Position numbers and translations under genes: made by a program
NCBI GenBank assembly: GCA_965237955.1
Contig: OZ250169.1
Coordinates: forward strand, 3,296,001-3,360,000
Direction of reading: 5' to 3'
Length of the DNA: 64,000 nt
Source of the DNA: Candidatus Marinacidobacterales bacterium
Lineage (GTDB): Bacteria > Acidobacteriota > Vicinamibacteria > Marinacidobacterales > SMYC01
Notes under the pieces: generated by a model
The model's database searches: none
Seen by the model: the letters and a program-made list of their open reading frames with translations, nothing else
Told to the model about the DNA's origin: nothing
In this document: positions 1 to 10,275 of the stretch, piece after piece
How the letters are laid out: each line of letters opens with the position of its first letter
Numbering within the stretch: the first letter of the stretch is position 1

Positions 1-114
1 GTCCTTGTCGGCATCCTGAGCTGAGGCGGAGTGAACCAACAAAACCGTAATGAGAGCCACAGCCGAAGTGCCGATCATCGACCATCGGACCTGCCTTGCG
101 TGTTTGGTATGCAT
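1..114 (-). CDS. N-terminus of a secreted protein, runs off the window edge
   Basis: ATG at 114 with upstream AGAGGT RBS; translates MHTKHARQVRWSMIGTSAVALITVLLVHSASAQDADKD, a signal peptide ending in ASA-Q. Confidence 0.6.
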   Translation of the reverse strand, partial: MHTKHARQVRWSMIGTSAVALITVLLVHSASAQDADKD

Positions 115-612
115 GGTTTTTACCTCTATCATTCAATTAAGACGCGGTGACTTCTGCGCTATCGATCGGTTTTCGAAAGCAACGCATTATAACTCCCAAG
201 AAGGCCGATGCGCTCTTTGTTTTCACATCAAATATACAAGTTTGCTCGGAAGGCACACGGGTGGCTAGAGGTTGTCGTGGGCGGGGACGGGCTCGTCGGG
301 AGGGTTATGGTTAGGGCCACGGCTGCAGGACGGACTGCAAGAAGTGGTAAGCGGGCTTCGGAGAAAATCCTCATTGACGATACCGATTCCGGTAGCATGA
401 GCACGCGCATCCAACCCTTGACATTTTTGGTCGTCGCCGGTGCGGAACGCGCCAGGAGGAAGCCGAGGAGGTGTGCGCGTCGAATCGCTTCCCGCGGATC
501 CGGTGCCGCGTCGGTTAGTCTCTGCGGATTTGGTGAACGCCTCTAGGAATCGAGCTTTCGGCGCCGCTCGTGTTTTTGAACACGACGAGATACAGCGCGA
601 TAAAGTTCATGC

Positions 613-2451
613 TCACCACGCTATCCCGTAGTCTTCGCCTTGGTTGCTCGCGCCGCCCCACATCGTTCCGTGTTCCCAGTCGAAGAAAATGGCGTTGATG
701 GGACCTGAGGTCCTCGCGCGAAAATCGAGCTCGTAGCCCATCGCCGACAATTCCTCCCGCACCCACGGAGGGATGGACTCATTGAGCCGCAAACGTCCTG
801 GCTGCGATTCGTGGGCACCGAACGAGCTCTGCATCTGGTAGCTGTTGAAGTTCGCCGCTTCCACCGCCTCCTGGACGTTCATGCCGAACTCCACGACGTT
901 CAGGAAGAACTGAAGCAGATTTTGATCCTGCGAATCGCCACCTTGCACTGCGAACGAGAGAAACGGTTTCCCGTCCTTGAGGGCGAGACTTGGTGTCAAG
1001 GTGGCGCGCGGGCGCTTTCCCGGCTCGAGGACGTTATAGGGGTTGATGCGCGGGTCGAGCACGAAGCTCTGCATCCGCTGGCTCATGCCGATGCCGGTCC
1101 GCCCGGCGATGCAGGCAGGGTTCCATCCGCCACTCGGTGTGACCGAGACCACCCAGCCTTCCTCGTCGGCGGCTTGAATGGAAGTCGTACCAGCGTAGAA
1201 GCCTTCCTCGAAAAGCTGTTCGTCTTCCTCCGTGGCCGGCGGTTTGCTCTTCCAGGCCTCGAGGTAGTCGAGGTAGGGATTCGTACCGCCTTGATGCGGG
1301 TAGGGATCCCCTGGCTTCGCGTCGACATCGTTCTTCTCCCAGTCGATGAGCTTTCTTCTTTCTGCCGCATACTCCTTCGAGAGCAGTCCTTCGATAGGCT
1401 CCTTGGGAGCGAAGTACGGATCGCCATAGTAGAAATCCCGGTCGGCGAAGGCGAGACTCATCGCCTGATAGAGCGCGTGTATGTAGCGGCTCGAGTTGTA
1501 GCCCATGGACTTCACGTCGATGCCTTCGAGGATGTTGAGCGTTTGATTCAACACCGGTCCCTGGACCCAATGAGTGAGCTTGTAGACTTCGATGTCTTTG
1601 TAGGTCGTCATGACCGGCTCTTCGATGTGGACTTTCCATTCGGCCAGGTCTTCCTTGGTGTGCAGCCCGCCCTGCTCTTGCGAGGCTCGGGTGAACTCCT
1701 CGGCGATGTCCCCCTGATAGAAGCGCTCGTAGGCAGCATAGATCGCTTCTTTGCGCGAGGCGCCTTCGGCGAGGGCTTTCTGCTCGGTCTCGACGAGCTT
1801 TTCGAGCGTTGCCTTCAAATCAGGCTGCCGGAAAACCTCGCCCGGGTAGGGAGCTTCCCTCTTCTCGCCCAGGTGCGTCAAAAAGGTGTCGCGTGAGTAG
1901 GGCCACTCCCGAATGCGATCCTTCTCCTGTTCTATCGCGTTCGCAAGCTGGGCTTCGATCGCGTAGCCCTCCGCCATTTCGATGGACGGGCCGAGAACGT
2001 CTCTCAAGCTCAAGGTGCCGTACTCGGCCAGCATCACCATGAGCCCTCCGGGGGTTCCTGGCGTCACGGCCGCGAGCGGACCGTGGGCGGGCGGATAGTC
2101 CATGCCCTTGCTCTTGAAGTATTCGGGCGTCGCACCCGTGGGGGCGACCCCGAGAGCGTTGATGCCGATGACCTTCTTTTCCCCAGGATGGTAGATGAGG
2201 GTCTGCGTCTCCCCGCCCCAGCTGAGCGCATCGTACATCGTGGCGGTGGCCCCGAGCATGGCGCACGCCGCGTCGACCGCGTTCCCACCCTTCTGGAACA
2301 TCATCGCGCCCGCGGTGGCGCCGAGAGGCTTTCCGGTGATGGCCACCCAGTGCCGGCCGTGCAGCACCGGTTTTTGAGTCCGCTGGGCCGCTACCGTCCC
2401 GGCGAGAGCTAGCAAGACCGCTGTGAGCCCAAAGAGCTTCCTCGAATACAT
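613..2451 (-). CDS. ggt: Gamma-glutamyltransferase family protein
   Basis: Signal peptide; GGNAVDAA, PGTPGG, nucleophile T in GTTSI, PGKRPRATLTP, GGD motifs. Confidence 0.9.
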   Translation of the reverse strand: MYSRKLFGLTAVLLALAGTVAAQRTQKPVLHGRHWVAITGKPLGATAGAMMFQKGGNAVDAACAMLGATATMYDALSWGGETQTLIYHPGEKKVIGINALGVAPTGATPEYFKSKGMDYPPAHGPLAAVTPGTPGGLMVMLAEYGTLSLRDVLGPSIEMAEGYAIEAQLANAIEQEKDRIREWPYSRDTFLTHLGEKREAPYPGEVFRQPDLKATLEKLVETEQKALAEGASRKEAIYAAYERFYQGDIAEEFTRASQEQGGLHTKEDLAEWKVHIEEPVMTTYKDIEVYKLTHWVQGPVLNQTLNILEGIDVKSMGYNSSRYIHALYQAMSLAFADRDFYYGDPYFAPKEPIEGLLSKEYAAERRKLIDWEKNDVDAKPGDPYPHQGGTNPYLDYLEAWKSKPPATEEDEQLFEEGFYAGTTSIQAADEEGWVVSVTPSGGWNPACIAGRTGIGMSQRMQSFVLDPRINPYNVLEPGKRPRATLTPSLALKDGKPFLSFAVQGGDSQDQNLLQFFLNVVEFGMNVQEAVEAANFNSYQMQSSFGAHESQPGRLRLNESIPPWVREELSAMGYELDFRARTSGPINAIFFDWEHGTMWGGASNQGEDYGIAW

Positions 2452-2614
2452 CGCGTCCTCTTAACTACTAGGCTGCCTAGGGAGCGCATTTTCTCCCCAC
2501 TCGCGACGGGAGGCAAGTCTTGCTTCCACATCCAAGACAGCGAGCCCAACCGGCGCCAGCCTCCGTGATACTATTTTCGCCCATTCGCTTTCAGGTCTTA
2601 CAGGGAGCTCCGCC

Positions 2615-5047
2615 ATGACTCTCGCCTACCTCGCGTTCTCGGCTTTTCTAGTTGCCATCATCTCGAGCGCGCAAGAGCGCGTCACCTACCAGATGCCGCC
2701 TCGAGCCATCGCCGACATTGCTGATGCCGCGCCCACGCCCGGCGTCGTGCTCGATCCAACGAAACGATGGCTCCTCGTTCTCGAACGCGCGAGCCTCGGC
2801 TCGATCGGCGAGCTGTCCCAAGCAGAACATCGTCTCGCGGGTCTCAGGATCCATCCGGCAACGAACGCGAGGAGCCGTCGTCGCGTCGCGGAAACCGTCG
2901 CTCTCATTTCCGTGGCCGATGGTACGAAGCGCGCGGTGACCGGACTTCCCGAGAATCCACGAATCGATCACGCGGCGTTCTCACCCGACGGCGCTCGCGT
3001 CGCATTCACCCACACGACGAGCTCGGGGCTCGAGCTTTGGACGGTGGACGTCCTGTCCGCGCGTGCGACTCGTATCCTCGAAGGCGTCAACGGCGTGTTT
3101 CGGGACCGGCCACTCGAGTGGCTTTCGAGCGGCGGGCTCATCGTCAAAACCGTTCCCGACGAGCGGGGCGCGGCACCGGCGGCGCCGGCGGTTCCTCACG
3201 GGCCCATCGTTCAAGAGTCGAGCGGAGAACAATCGCCCGCACGGACGTACCAGGACCTTTTGAAGAGCGCGCACGACGAAGACCTCTTTGCCTATTACGG
3301 TGCCTCTCAGCTCGTCAGAGTCGATGCTGACGGGACCATCCACCGACTGGGCTCGCCCGCCATCATCTCGCGTTTCGCGCCGTCTCCGGATGGGTCGCTC
3401 GTTCTCATCGAAGAGCTCGAGGGGCCGTTCTCCTACCTCGTCCCCTACTACCGCTTCGGCACCGGCATCGTCGTGCGAGACACCTCGGGCGCGCTCGTGA
3501 AAGAAGTAGCGCGCTTGCCGCTCGCCGAAAATGTTCCCGTCGGGCGCAATGCCGTCCGCACTGGACGGCGCGAGCTCGGCTGGCGCGCCGACGCGGACGC
3601 GACCCTGTACTGGGTGGAAGCGATAGATGGAGGCGATCCACGCGCCGACGCGAAATACCGAGACGAGGTCTTCACGTGGCGCGCGCCGTTCGAAGGCGAT
3701 CCCGAGCCACTCGTGTAGCTCGGTTACCGCTTCGGCGACGTCTACTGGGGAGATGACGACGACGCGCTCGTCGAAGAGTGGTGGTGGAGCACGAGGCGAC
3801 GGCGGCTATGGAGTGTGAAGCCGGGTGCGAGCGACAGGCCGCCCGTCGGCGTGTTCGACTACTCCTACGAAGATCGCTACAACGCCCCGGGCTCACCGCT
3901 TCTGAAGCCGACGCTGCGGGGAACCTACGTGCTCTCGAGAGACACGGACGGAAGAATCTACTTGAGGGGCCAAGGTGCCTCTCCCGAAGGCAACCGCCCG
4001 TTCGTCGATGCTTTCGACGTTTCCAGTGGTGCGAGACAACGCCTGTTCCACTCGGAGGCTCCTTACTACGAGACCCCGATCACGTGGATCGACGCGGATG
4101 ACGGAACGCTTCTCACGCGGCGCGAGTCGCGAGACGACCCGCCCAACTTCTTCGTCCACGAGCTGAGCTCGAACTCCGCGCGCGCCCTTACGAGCTTCCC
4201 CCACCCGTATCCAGAGCTCAGGAGTGCAGGTCGTGAGCTCGTTCGCTACGAGCGCGACGACCGGGTGACGTTGACGGCAACGCTCTACACGCCGCCTGGA
4301 TGCGAGCCGAGTGACGGACCGTTGCCGATGCTCGTCTGGGCCTATCCGCGCGAGTACAAGAGCGCGAGCGCCGCCGCTCAAGTTCGAGATTCACCCTACC
4401 GTTTCGCCCGCGTTCGTTGGGGATCCCCTTTGTATTGGCTCACCCAAGGCTACGCGGTCATGGAAGGCGCGACGATGCCCATCGTCGGCGAAGGGGACGA
4501 TGAGCCGAACGACACCTACATCGCCCAGCTCGTCGCGAGCGCTCAGGCCGCGGTGGACGAAGCGGTTCGCCGCGGCATCGCTGAGCGTGACCGCGTCGCT
4601 ATCGGCGGGCACTCCTACGGCGCGTTCATGACTGCGAACCTGCTCGCGCACTCGGACATCTTCCGCGCGGGTATCGCTCGCAGCGGTGCTTACAACCGGA
4701 CGTTGACGCCTTTCGGCTTTCAATCCGAGCAGCGAACGTTCTGGGAAGCTCCGGAGATCTACTTTGCGATGTCGCCGTTCATGCACGCTCACAAAATCAA
4801 CGAGCCCATTCTCCTCACCCACGGCGAGCTCGACAATAACTCCGGGACGTTTCCAATCCAGAGCCGGCGGCTCTTTCACGCGCTCAAAGGACACGGCGCG
4901 ACAGCACGGCTCGTCATGTTGCCGTACGAGAGCCACGGGTACCGCGCGCGTGAATCGGTTATGCACACACTCTGGGAGATGGACGCGTGGCTCGAGAAGT
5001 ACGTGAAGAACGCGCCGCCACGTGGCTCCACCAGCAACGACAACTAG
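2615..5047 (+). pseudogene. S9 prolyl oligopeptidase / glutamyl peptidase-like, split by one in-frame TAG at 3716-3718
   Basis: ORFs 2615..3718 and 3815..5047 are in the same frame; read-through gives EPLV*LGYRFGDVYWG; catalytic GHSYG, DNN, ESHGY are intact. Confidence 0.85.
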
Positions 5048-5065
5048 CGATCGCGGGGCCACGCC

Positions 5066-5650
5066 ATGACCGAGGACTCGCACGAACCGACCGACGTCAC
5101 CATGCTCCTCAACGCGTGGGGCGACGGTAAGCAGGACGCGCTCGACGAGCTGATGCCGCTCGTATACCAGGAGTTCTGCAAGTTGGCACGAAGCTACTTG
5201 CGCGCGGAGCGTCCCGAGCACACGTTGCAGCCGACGGCGCTCGTCAACGAAGCCTACCTGCGGCTCGTCGACCAGAAAAACGTCCGCTGGCAGAACCGGC
5301 GACACTTCTTCGGCATCGCTGCCCAGCTCATGCGTCGCATCCTCGTCGACCACGCGCGCAAGCGACAGTCGGAAAAGCGCGGAGGCGGCCAGGCGCTCAT
5401 TCCGTTCGAAGACGCGAAAGGAGTCCCCGCTAAAGCGCGGGATCTCGTCGCTCTCGATGACGCGTTGAACGATTTCGCGACCATCGACCCGCGCTCGGCG
5501 AAAATCGTCGAGCTCCGACAATTCGGCGGGTTGAGCATCGACGAGACCGCCGAGGTACTCGAGATCTCACCGGCCACGGTCAAGCGCGATTGGACCGTCG
5601 CAAAAGCTTGGCTCCGACGAGCGACCCTCAGTGGTCGGAAAGAATCATAG
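5066..5650 (+). CDS. ECF sigma-70 factor of the kinase-associated type
   Basis: HTLQPTALVNEAYLRL, WQNRRHFFGIAAQLMRRILVDHAR, TVKRDW motifs. Confidence 0.9.
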   Translation: MTEDSHEPTDVTMLLNAWGDGKQDALDELMPLVYQEFCKLARSYLRAERPEHTLQPTALVNEAYLRLVDQKNVRWQNRRHFFGIAAQLMRRILVDHARKRQSEKRGGGQALIPFEDAKGVPAKARDLVALDDALNDFATIDPRSAKIVELRQFGGLSIDETAEVLEISPATVKRDWTVAKAWLRRATLSGRKES

Positions 5651-5660
5651 GGAGGCCATC

Positions 5661-6644
5661 GTGAAAACCCGGCGCCATTTCGTGAACGTCTCCTCCAAAA
5701 GCGCGTGCGCCGTCGGCGTGTCGTCCTTCGCGCTCGCCAAGAAAACGAAAGCGGTCACAGGCTTCGTCTACGACGACATCTATGAGCGGCATGTCCTGCA
5801 ACCCGATCACCCCGAATCACCCGAGCGGCTCAGGCGGATTCTTCTCGAGCTCGAGCGGCAAGGTCTCGATCAGGAGGTGAGGGCTATTCGTCGCGCTCGA
5901 GATCCGATGCCCAGCATCGAAAGCCACCACACCGCGCGCCACGTCGCGTCGATTCGGAAGCTACCGGTCACGGGAGAGGTCGCGGCCGCGGCGGTCGGCG
6001 GCGCGCTCGCGGCGGTTCGAGCCGTTGCCGACGGGGACGTCCGAACCGCATTCTGCGCGATCCGACCTCCCGGGCATCACGCGAACAACACCGGCCGGGA
6101 AGAGGGTTTTTGTTTCTACAGTACGGCCGCGATCGCCGCGAAGTACGCGCAGTCTCTCGGGTTCGAAAAGATTCTCGTCATCGACTGGGACTACCATCAC
6201 GGGAATGCGACTCAAAACGCGCTCTACGACGACCCCGCGGTCCTGTTCTTCTCGAGCCACGACTGGCAGGCCTATCCAGGAACGGGCGATCCTTCACGAA
6301 CGGGCGAAGATGAAGGAACGGGCTTCAATATCAACGTCCACCTCGACTGCGGCTCGAAGGACAAGGACATGCTCTCGGCGTGGGACAAGAAGCTTCTTCC
6401 CGCCGCGGCGAGATTCGAACCGGACTTCGTCATCATCTCGGCGGGCTTCGACAGCCGCAAGGACGATCTCCTCGGCTGTTTCGAAGTCACCGACGACGCA
6501 TTCACGTGGATGACACGCACCACCATGGACGTCGCCAACACTTACTGCGGCGGCCGGATCGTCTCGTTACTGGAAGGTGGCTACAACCTCGACGGCCTCG
6601 CCCAAGGCGTTGCCGCCCATGTCGGGGCACTCGTCCAAGTGTAG
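5661..6644 (+). CDS. Histone deacetylase / acetylpolyamine amidohydrolase family
   Basis: HPESPERL, RPPGHHA, GFC, DWDYHHGN, SAGFD, LEGGY; GTG start after GGAGG; TRRHFV N-terminus. Confidence 0.9.
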   Translation: MKTRRHFVNVSSKSACAVGVSSFALAKKTKAVTGFVYDDIYERHVLQPDHPESPERLRRILLELERQGLDQEVRAIRRARDPMPSIESHHTARHVASIRKLPVTGEVAAAAVGGALAAVRAVADGDVRTAFCAIRPPGHHANNTGREEGFCFYSTAAIAAKYAQSLGFEKILVIDWDYHHGNATQNALYDDPAVLFFSSHDWQAYPGTGDPSRTGEDEGTGFNINVHLDCGSKDKDMLSAWDKKLLPAAARFEPDFVIISAGFDSRKDDLLGCFEVTDDAFTWMTRTTMDVANTYCGGRIVSLLEGGYNLDGLAQGVAAHVGALVQV

Positions 6645-6944
6645 TCAAACAGTGACGCAGGGCTCGCCGGAATCGTCGCCGACGCCGACGGCGCGAAGCG
6701 CCCACTGAAGTTTGACCGCGTCTTCGGACTGAACGCGAATGCCGTCCGCGTCCTGAGTGGAATATGCGTTGGCCAAGAGCTCGTGTGCCTTTTCGGCAAC
6801 ATCCGCGGATTTCTCTAGGAACTCGAGAACGCGCGGCACGTCGTTGCGAAATGCGGCGATAATCTCGTGGTCGGCAGAAGTGCTGTCGCCCGCGAGCTCT
6901 TTCAAGTGAGACACGATTTCGGAAACGGGTTTGACGTCACTCAC
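6645..6944 (-). CDS. Hypothetical protein
   Basis: 99-aa ORF with AAGGAG RBS and genome-like codon usage. Confidence 0.55.
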   Translation of the reverse strand: MSDVKPVSEIVSHLKELAGDSTSADHEIIAAFRNDVPRVLEFLEKSADVAEKAHELLANAYSTQDADGIRVQSEDAVKLQWALRAVGVGDDSGEPCVTV

Positions 6945-6998
6945 ACTCTCGCTCCTTCACTAGATGTCAGCACTGGAGGGATTATCTCAGATCCGACG

Positions 6999-7247
6999 CT
7001 ACTCAGTAGCGACGTCGATGGGCGCGTCTGGATAGACGACGTCCTCGAGCTCCATCTCCGACAAACGGAACCGTAGAAGCACGCCGCCGGGGGTCAGCGC
7101 CACGACGTGGTTACCCACGACGCGGGAGTCAAAGACCGCGTTGCGATTGAAGACGTGCTGGTAGCGGGCGGATAGACCTCGATCGATCGGAAGCCTCCCC
7201 TCGGTTTGAGGCATCAACACCGCGAGGAGGGCCGCTATGTACAGCAT
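6999..7247 (-). pseudogene. N-terminal fragment of a probable secreted protein
   Basis: Hydrophobic leader then beta-propeller-like sequence ending abruptly at 82 aa. Confidence 0.35.
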
Positions 7248-7352
7248 GGCACCTATACCTGATCCTCGCGCCCAAAAGGCAGCTCGTCAAATTGAGCGGG
7301 AGGCTCGTGGTCCTTTTTCTCGTCTGCTATTGGCAGGAGGTAGAATGAGGAC

Positions 7353-7940
7353 ATGGCTAGAGCTGCCGAAGCCACCGGCGTGCGCCGATTCACCGTGGAC
7401 GAGTACCACCGCATGGTGGATGCGGGCATACTCCGTGAGGACGACCGGGTGGAGCTCATTTACGGGGTTATCCGCGAGATGAGCCCCAAGAACCGACCGC
7501 ACATTGTCGCGGCAACACGAGTGCTTCGCGTTTTGGATCGCGGCCTGGCTGGCCGCGCCGGCGTCTACATAGAAGCCCCCCTCGGTCTCGTGAAATTGGA
7601 CTCCGAGCCCGAGCCGGATATCGTAGTTAGCGACGACCCGGACGTAGAGAGCTATGGGACAGAGTCGTTCCGTCCTCTCCTCGTCATCGAAGTTGCGGAT
7701 TCCTCGCTCCGTTACGATCTGAGCTTGAAGTCCGAGCTCTACGCAAAAGCGGGAATCCCCGAATACTGGGTCGTGGATTTACCCAACCGTGTGCTCGTCG
7801 TCTTTCGCGATCCCGAAGGCGGCAGTTACCAGACGCGCACGACGCACGAGCCGGGCTCGCGCATCGCGCCGGTGTCGTGGCCCGATTTCGAGATCGACGT
7901 AGACTCGCTTTTTCCTTCTGAAGCCTCATCTTCTCCGTAA
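7353..7940 (+). CDS. Uma2 family endonuclease
   Basis: FTVDEYHRM, RVELI, EPEPD, LVIEVADSS, YAKAGIPEYWVVD. Confidence 0.9.
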   Translation: MARAAEATGVRRFTVDEYHRMVDAGILREDDRVELIYGVIREMSPKNRPHIVAATRVLRVLDRGLAGRAGVYIEAPLGLVKLDSEPEPDIVVSDDPDVESYGTESFRPLLVIEVADSSLRYDLSLKSELYAKAGIPEYWVVDLPNRVLVVFRDPEGGSYQTRTTHEPGSRIAPVSWPDFEIDVDSLFPSEASSSP

Positions 7941-8039
7941 ATTAGCTGGCGAATTTCTGCTCGCGGGCGCATGATCCCTGTCGAGTGTGTTCTCGCACTC
8001 GTCTTTTATTATAGGGTCATAGCGGGAAAGGAGATTCCA

Positions 8040-8819
8040 ATGTCCGAAGACAGGGGACGTTTTGTCTGGTACGACCTCATGACCACCGATCCAGATGCGG
8101 CGCAATCTTTTTACACGAAGCTCATCGGCTGGGGCACCCAAGCTTGGGACGGTCCGATGCCCTACACGATGTGGACCAACAACGATACGCCGTTGGGCGG
8201 CGTCATGACGCTACCCGACGAAGCCAAGCAAGCGGGCGCGCCTCCGCATTGGCTCGCCTACATCTATACCTCGTACGTCGACGGGACCGTGGCGAAGGCC
8301 GAAGAGAATCAAGGCAAGGTGTTGGTGCCGGCACAGGATATCCCCGAGGTCGGACGCTTCGCCGTCCTCGCGGATCCGCAGGGTGCGGCGTTCGCGGTGT
8401 ACACGCCGGCGGCCGATACACCGGGTAACCCCGGGCCGCCCGCGATCGGCGAGTACTCGTGGCACGAGCTCAACACGTCGGACCACGACAACGCGTGGGG
8501 CTTTTACGAGACGCTCTTCGGATGGAAGAAGACCGATACCATGGACATGGGCGAGATGGGCACGTACCAGATGTACACGACCGGCGGCGGCGAGATCCCG
8601 CTAGGCGGCATGTTCAATAAGCCCAAGGAAATGCCCGGCCCGCCTTTCTGGCTCTACTACGTGCGCGTCGACGACGTGCACAAGTCGGTCGAAAAGGTGA
8701 AAGAGCTCGGCGGTCAAGTGCTGAACGGCCCGATGGAAGTGCCGGGGGGCGATCACATCGCGCAGTGCATGGATCCCCAGGGGGCCGCGTTCGCGCTCCA
8801 CTCGACGAAGAAGGAGTAG
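8040..8819 (+). CDS. VOC/glyoxalase family protein, two domains
   Basis: FVWYDL and YSWHEL repeats, two DPQGAAFA motifs; ATG 8040 after AAGGAG. Confidence 0.9.
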   Translation: MSEDRGRFVWYDLMTTDPDAAQSFYTKLIGWGTQAWDGPMPYTMWTNNDTPLGGVMTLPDEAKQAGAPPHWLAYIYTSYVDGTVAKAEENQGKVLVPAQDIPEVGRFAVLADPQGAAFAVYTPAADTPGNPGPPAIGEYSWHELNTSDHDNAWGFYETLFGWKKTDTMDMGEMGTYQMYTTGGGEIPLGGMFNKPKEMPGPPFWLYYVRVDDVHKSVEKVKELGGQVLNGPMEVPGGDHIAQCMDPQGAAFALHSTKKE

Positions 8820-9124
8820 CTCAATCCGCCCGTCGTCACCGTCAGGTGGTGGAGCAACGAGCTCGATCAGGTCCTCGAAAGGGGACGCAGGCTGTAGCTT
8901 GAGCTGCAGCAGCGGGGGTCCCGTGGGATGCGGCTCTGGCGGCTCCTTGTTCGGAGAGGCGCAAAACGGCTCGATCAAACTGTCCGGCAGCGGTCTCTCG
9001 ATCAGTGGCCTGTACCATGCCGGCGGCGAGTGGATGGGGGGTACTTATAGCGGCAGCGGCGGCGGCTTTTCGGTCTCGGGCGACTGGCAAGCGGTTAAGT
9101 AGTCAGTACGCGGCTGTCACGGTC

Positions 9125-9233
9125 AGGATGGGCGTACGAAAGTCTTCAGCCCGCGGTGGTCGGCCGACGGGCGTCGGCTCTTCTTCGTCTCCAATCGTGC
9201 CGGTGCGATGGACCTGGTAATGAGATTGGGTTA
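9125..9233 (+). pseudogene. Remnant of a PD40/TolB-like beta-propeller repeat
   Basis: Unannotated frame reads DGRTKVFSPRWSADGRRLFFVSNRAGAMDL with no start context. Confidence 0.55.
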
Positions 9234-9249
9234 GGGGAAGAGGTTAAGA

Positions 9250-10275
9250 CTAATACGCCGTCGTTACCGTCAGGTGATGGGGCCAGTGGGTTTCGTGGTA
9301 GTGGGTCCACAGGCGGGTATCGACGACGGCGTCGATCACTTGGCGGTCGGCGGGACGGCGCTCGTTGATGGCGCGCGTGAGAAGGTGGCATGCCCAGATC
9401 GTCGCGGCGCGGATCTCGACTTCTTCTTCGCTGTCGCGGGGAATCACGCGGCGGGCGTTGATGGCGTCTTCGAGCTCGGCCGAGTACGACATGATACCGA
9501 GACGCAGGAGCGCGACCGGGACGATGTAGTCGGCGAAGACGGTGAGCTCGTCGGGATCGTGGAGCGCGAAGTAACCGTCGGCGCGGAAACGGGCGTGGAG
9601 GTACCAGAGAAGTAGCTGCGCGCGCTTTTGAAACGCCACGCGCTGGCCGTGGTATTGGCTCTCGTCGCGGAACGACGGGAACGTCTCTATCAAGCGCTCC
9701 AGGGTGGCGGACGTCGTGCGCGGGCCGGCTTTCAGAAAATTGTGGAAGCGCCCATCGTAGTGCTCTTCAAGGACGCCACCGAGCTCGTGGAAAATCTCGA
9801 CGCGCTCGTCGAGCATGGGCATCTCGATGTTGCCCGCGAACATACGCTCGAGATCGGATCGATCGACGCTCGCCAGGTACTTCCCTTCGAGGATCGGCGT
9901 GCCTGACTCGAGGGCACGCTTGAGGCAAGCCATCATGGCGTCGGAGTCCCATCGCTCGGTGCCGCCATAGTTCGTGGTGAAGATCACGTGCCCTTCGAAA
10001 TCCGTAAACGCGAAATTGATCGATGCAGTCAGAAAAATGAAGTCCATCGTGTCCGCATCGTTCCCGTCGGGAATCACGGGAAAACGGAAGTCGGGCCACG
10101 GGAGCGATTCGTAGGCCATCCACTCGGAAACGGCCTCGATACCGACTTCGTGGATGTGGACGTGTTTCGACGCATCGACGACCGGTTGGATCGTCGAGAG
10201 AATCGGATGCGAAGACTCAGTCATAGGTAGCAACGGAAGTGCGAGGACGCCGAGAAACTGTCTACGGTTCAGCAC
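9250..10275 (-). CDS. Queuosine salvage protein (DUF2419/QNG1-like)
   Basis: INFAF, FPSFRD, FQKRAQL, LTVFADYIVP, EEEVEIRA, HHLTVTTAY motifs; start GTG 10275 or ATG 10224. Confidence 0.85.
   Translation of the reverse strand: MLNRRQFLGVLALPLLPMTESSHPILSTIQPVVDASKHVHIHEVGIEAVSEWMAYESLPWPDFRFPVIPDGNDADTMDFIFLTASINFAFTDFEGHVIFTTNYGGTERWDSDAMMACLKRALESGTPILEGKYLASVDRSDLERMFAGNIEMPMLDERVEIFHELGGVLEEHYDGRFHNFLKAGPRTTSATLERLIETFPSFRDESQYHGQRVAFQKRAQLLLWYLHARFRADGYFALHDPDELTVFADYIVPVALLRLGIMSYSAELEDAINARRVIPRDSEEEVEIRAATIWACHLLTRAINERRPADRQVIDAVVDTRLWTHYHETHWPHHLTVTTAY

Noticed and set aside
3716-3718. In-frame TAG here and at ~31321 as amber recoding or pyrrolysine
   Set aside because: Many intact genes in the window end at TAG at their expected C-termini (e.g. 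5650, 6644, 8819) and no pyl genes are present; nonsense mutation or error is simpler.
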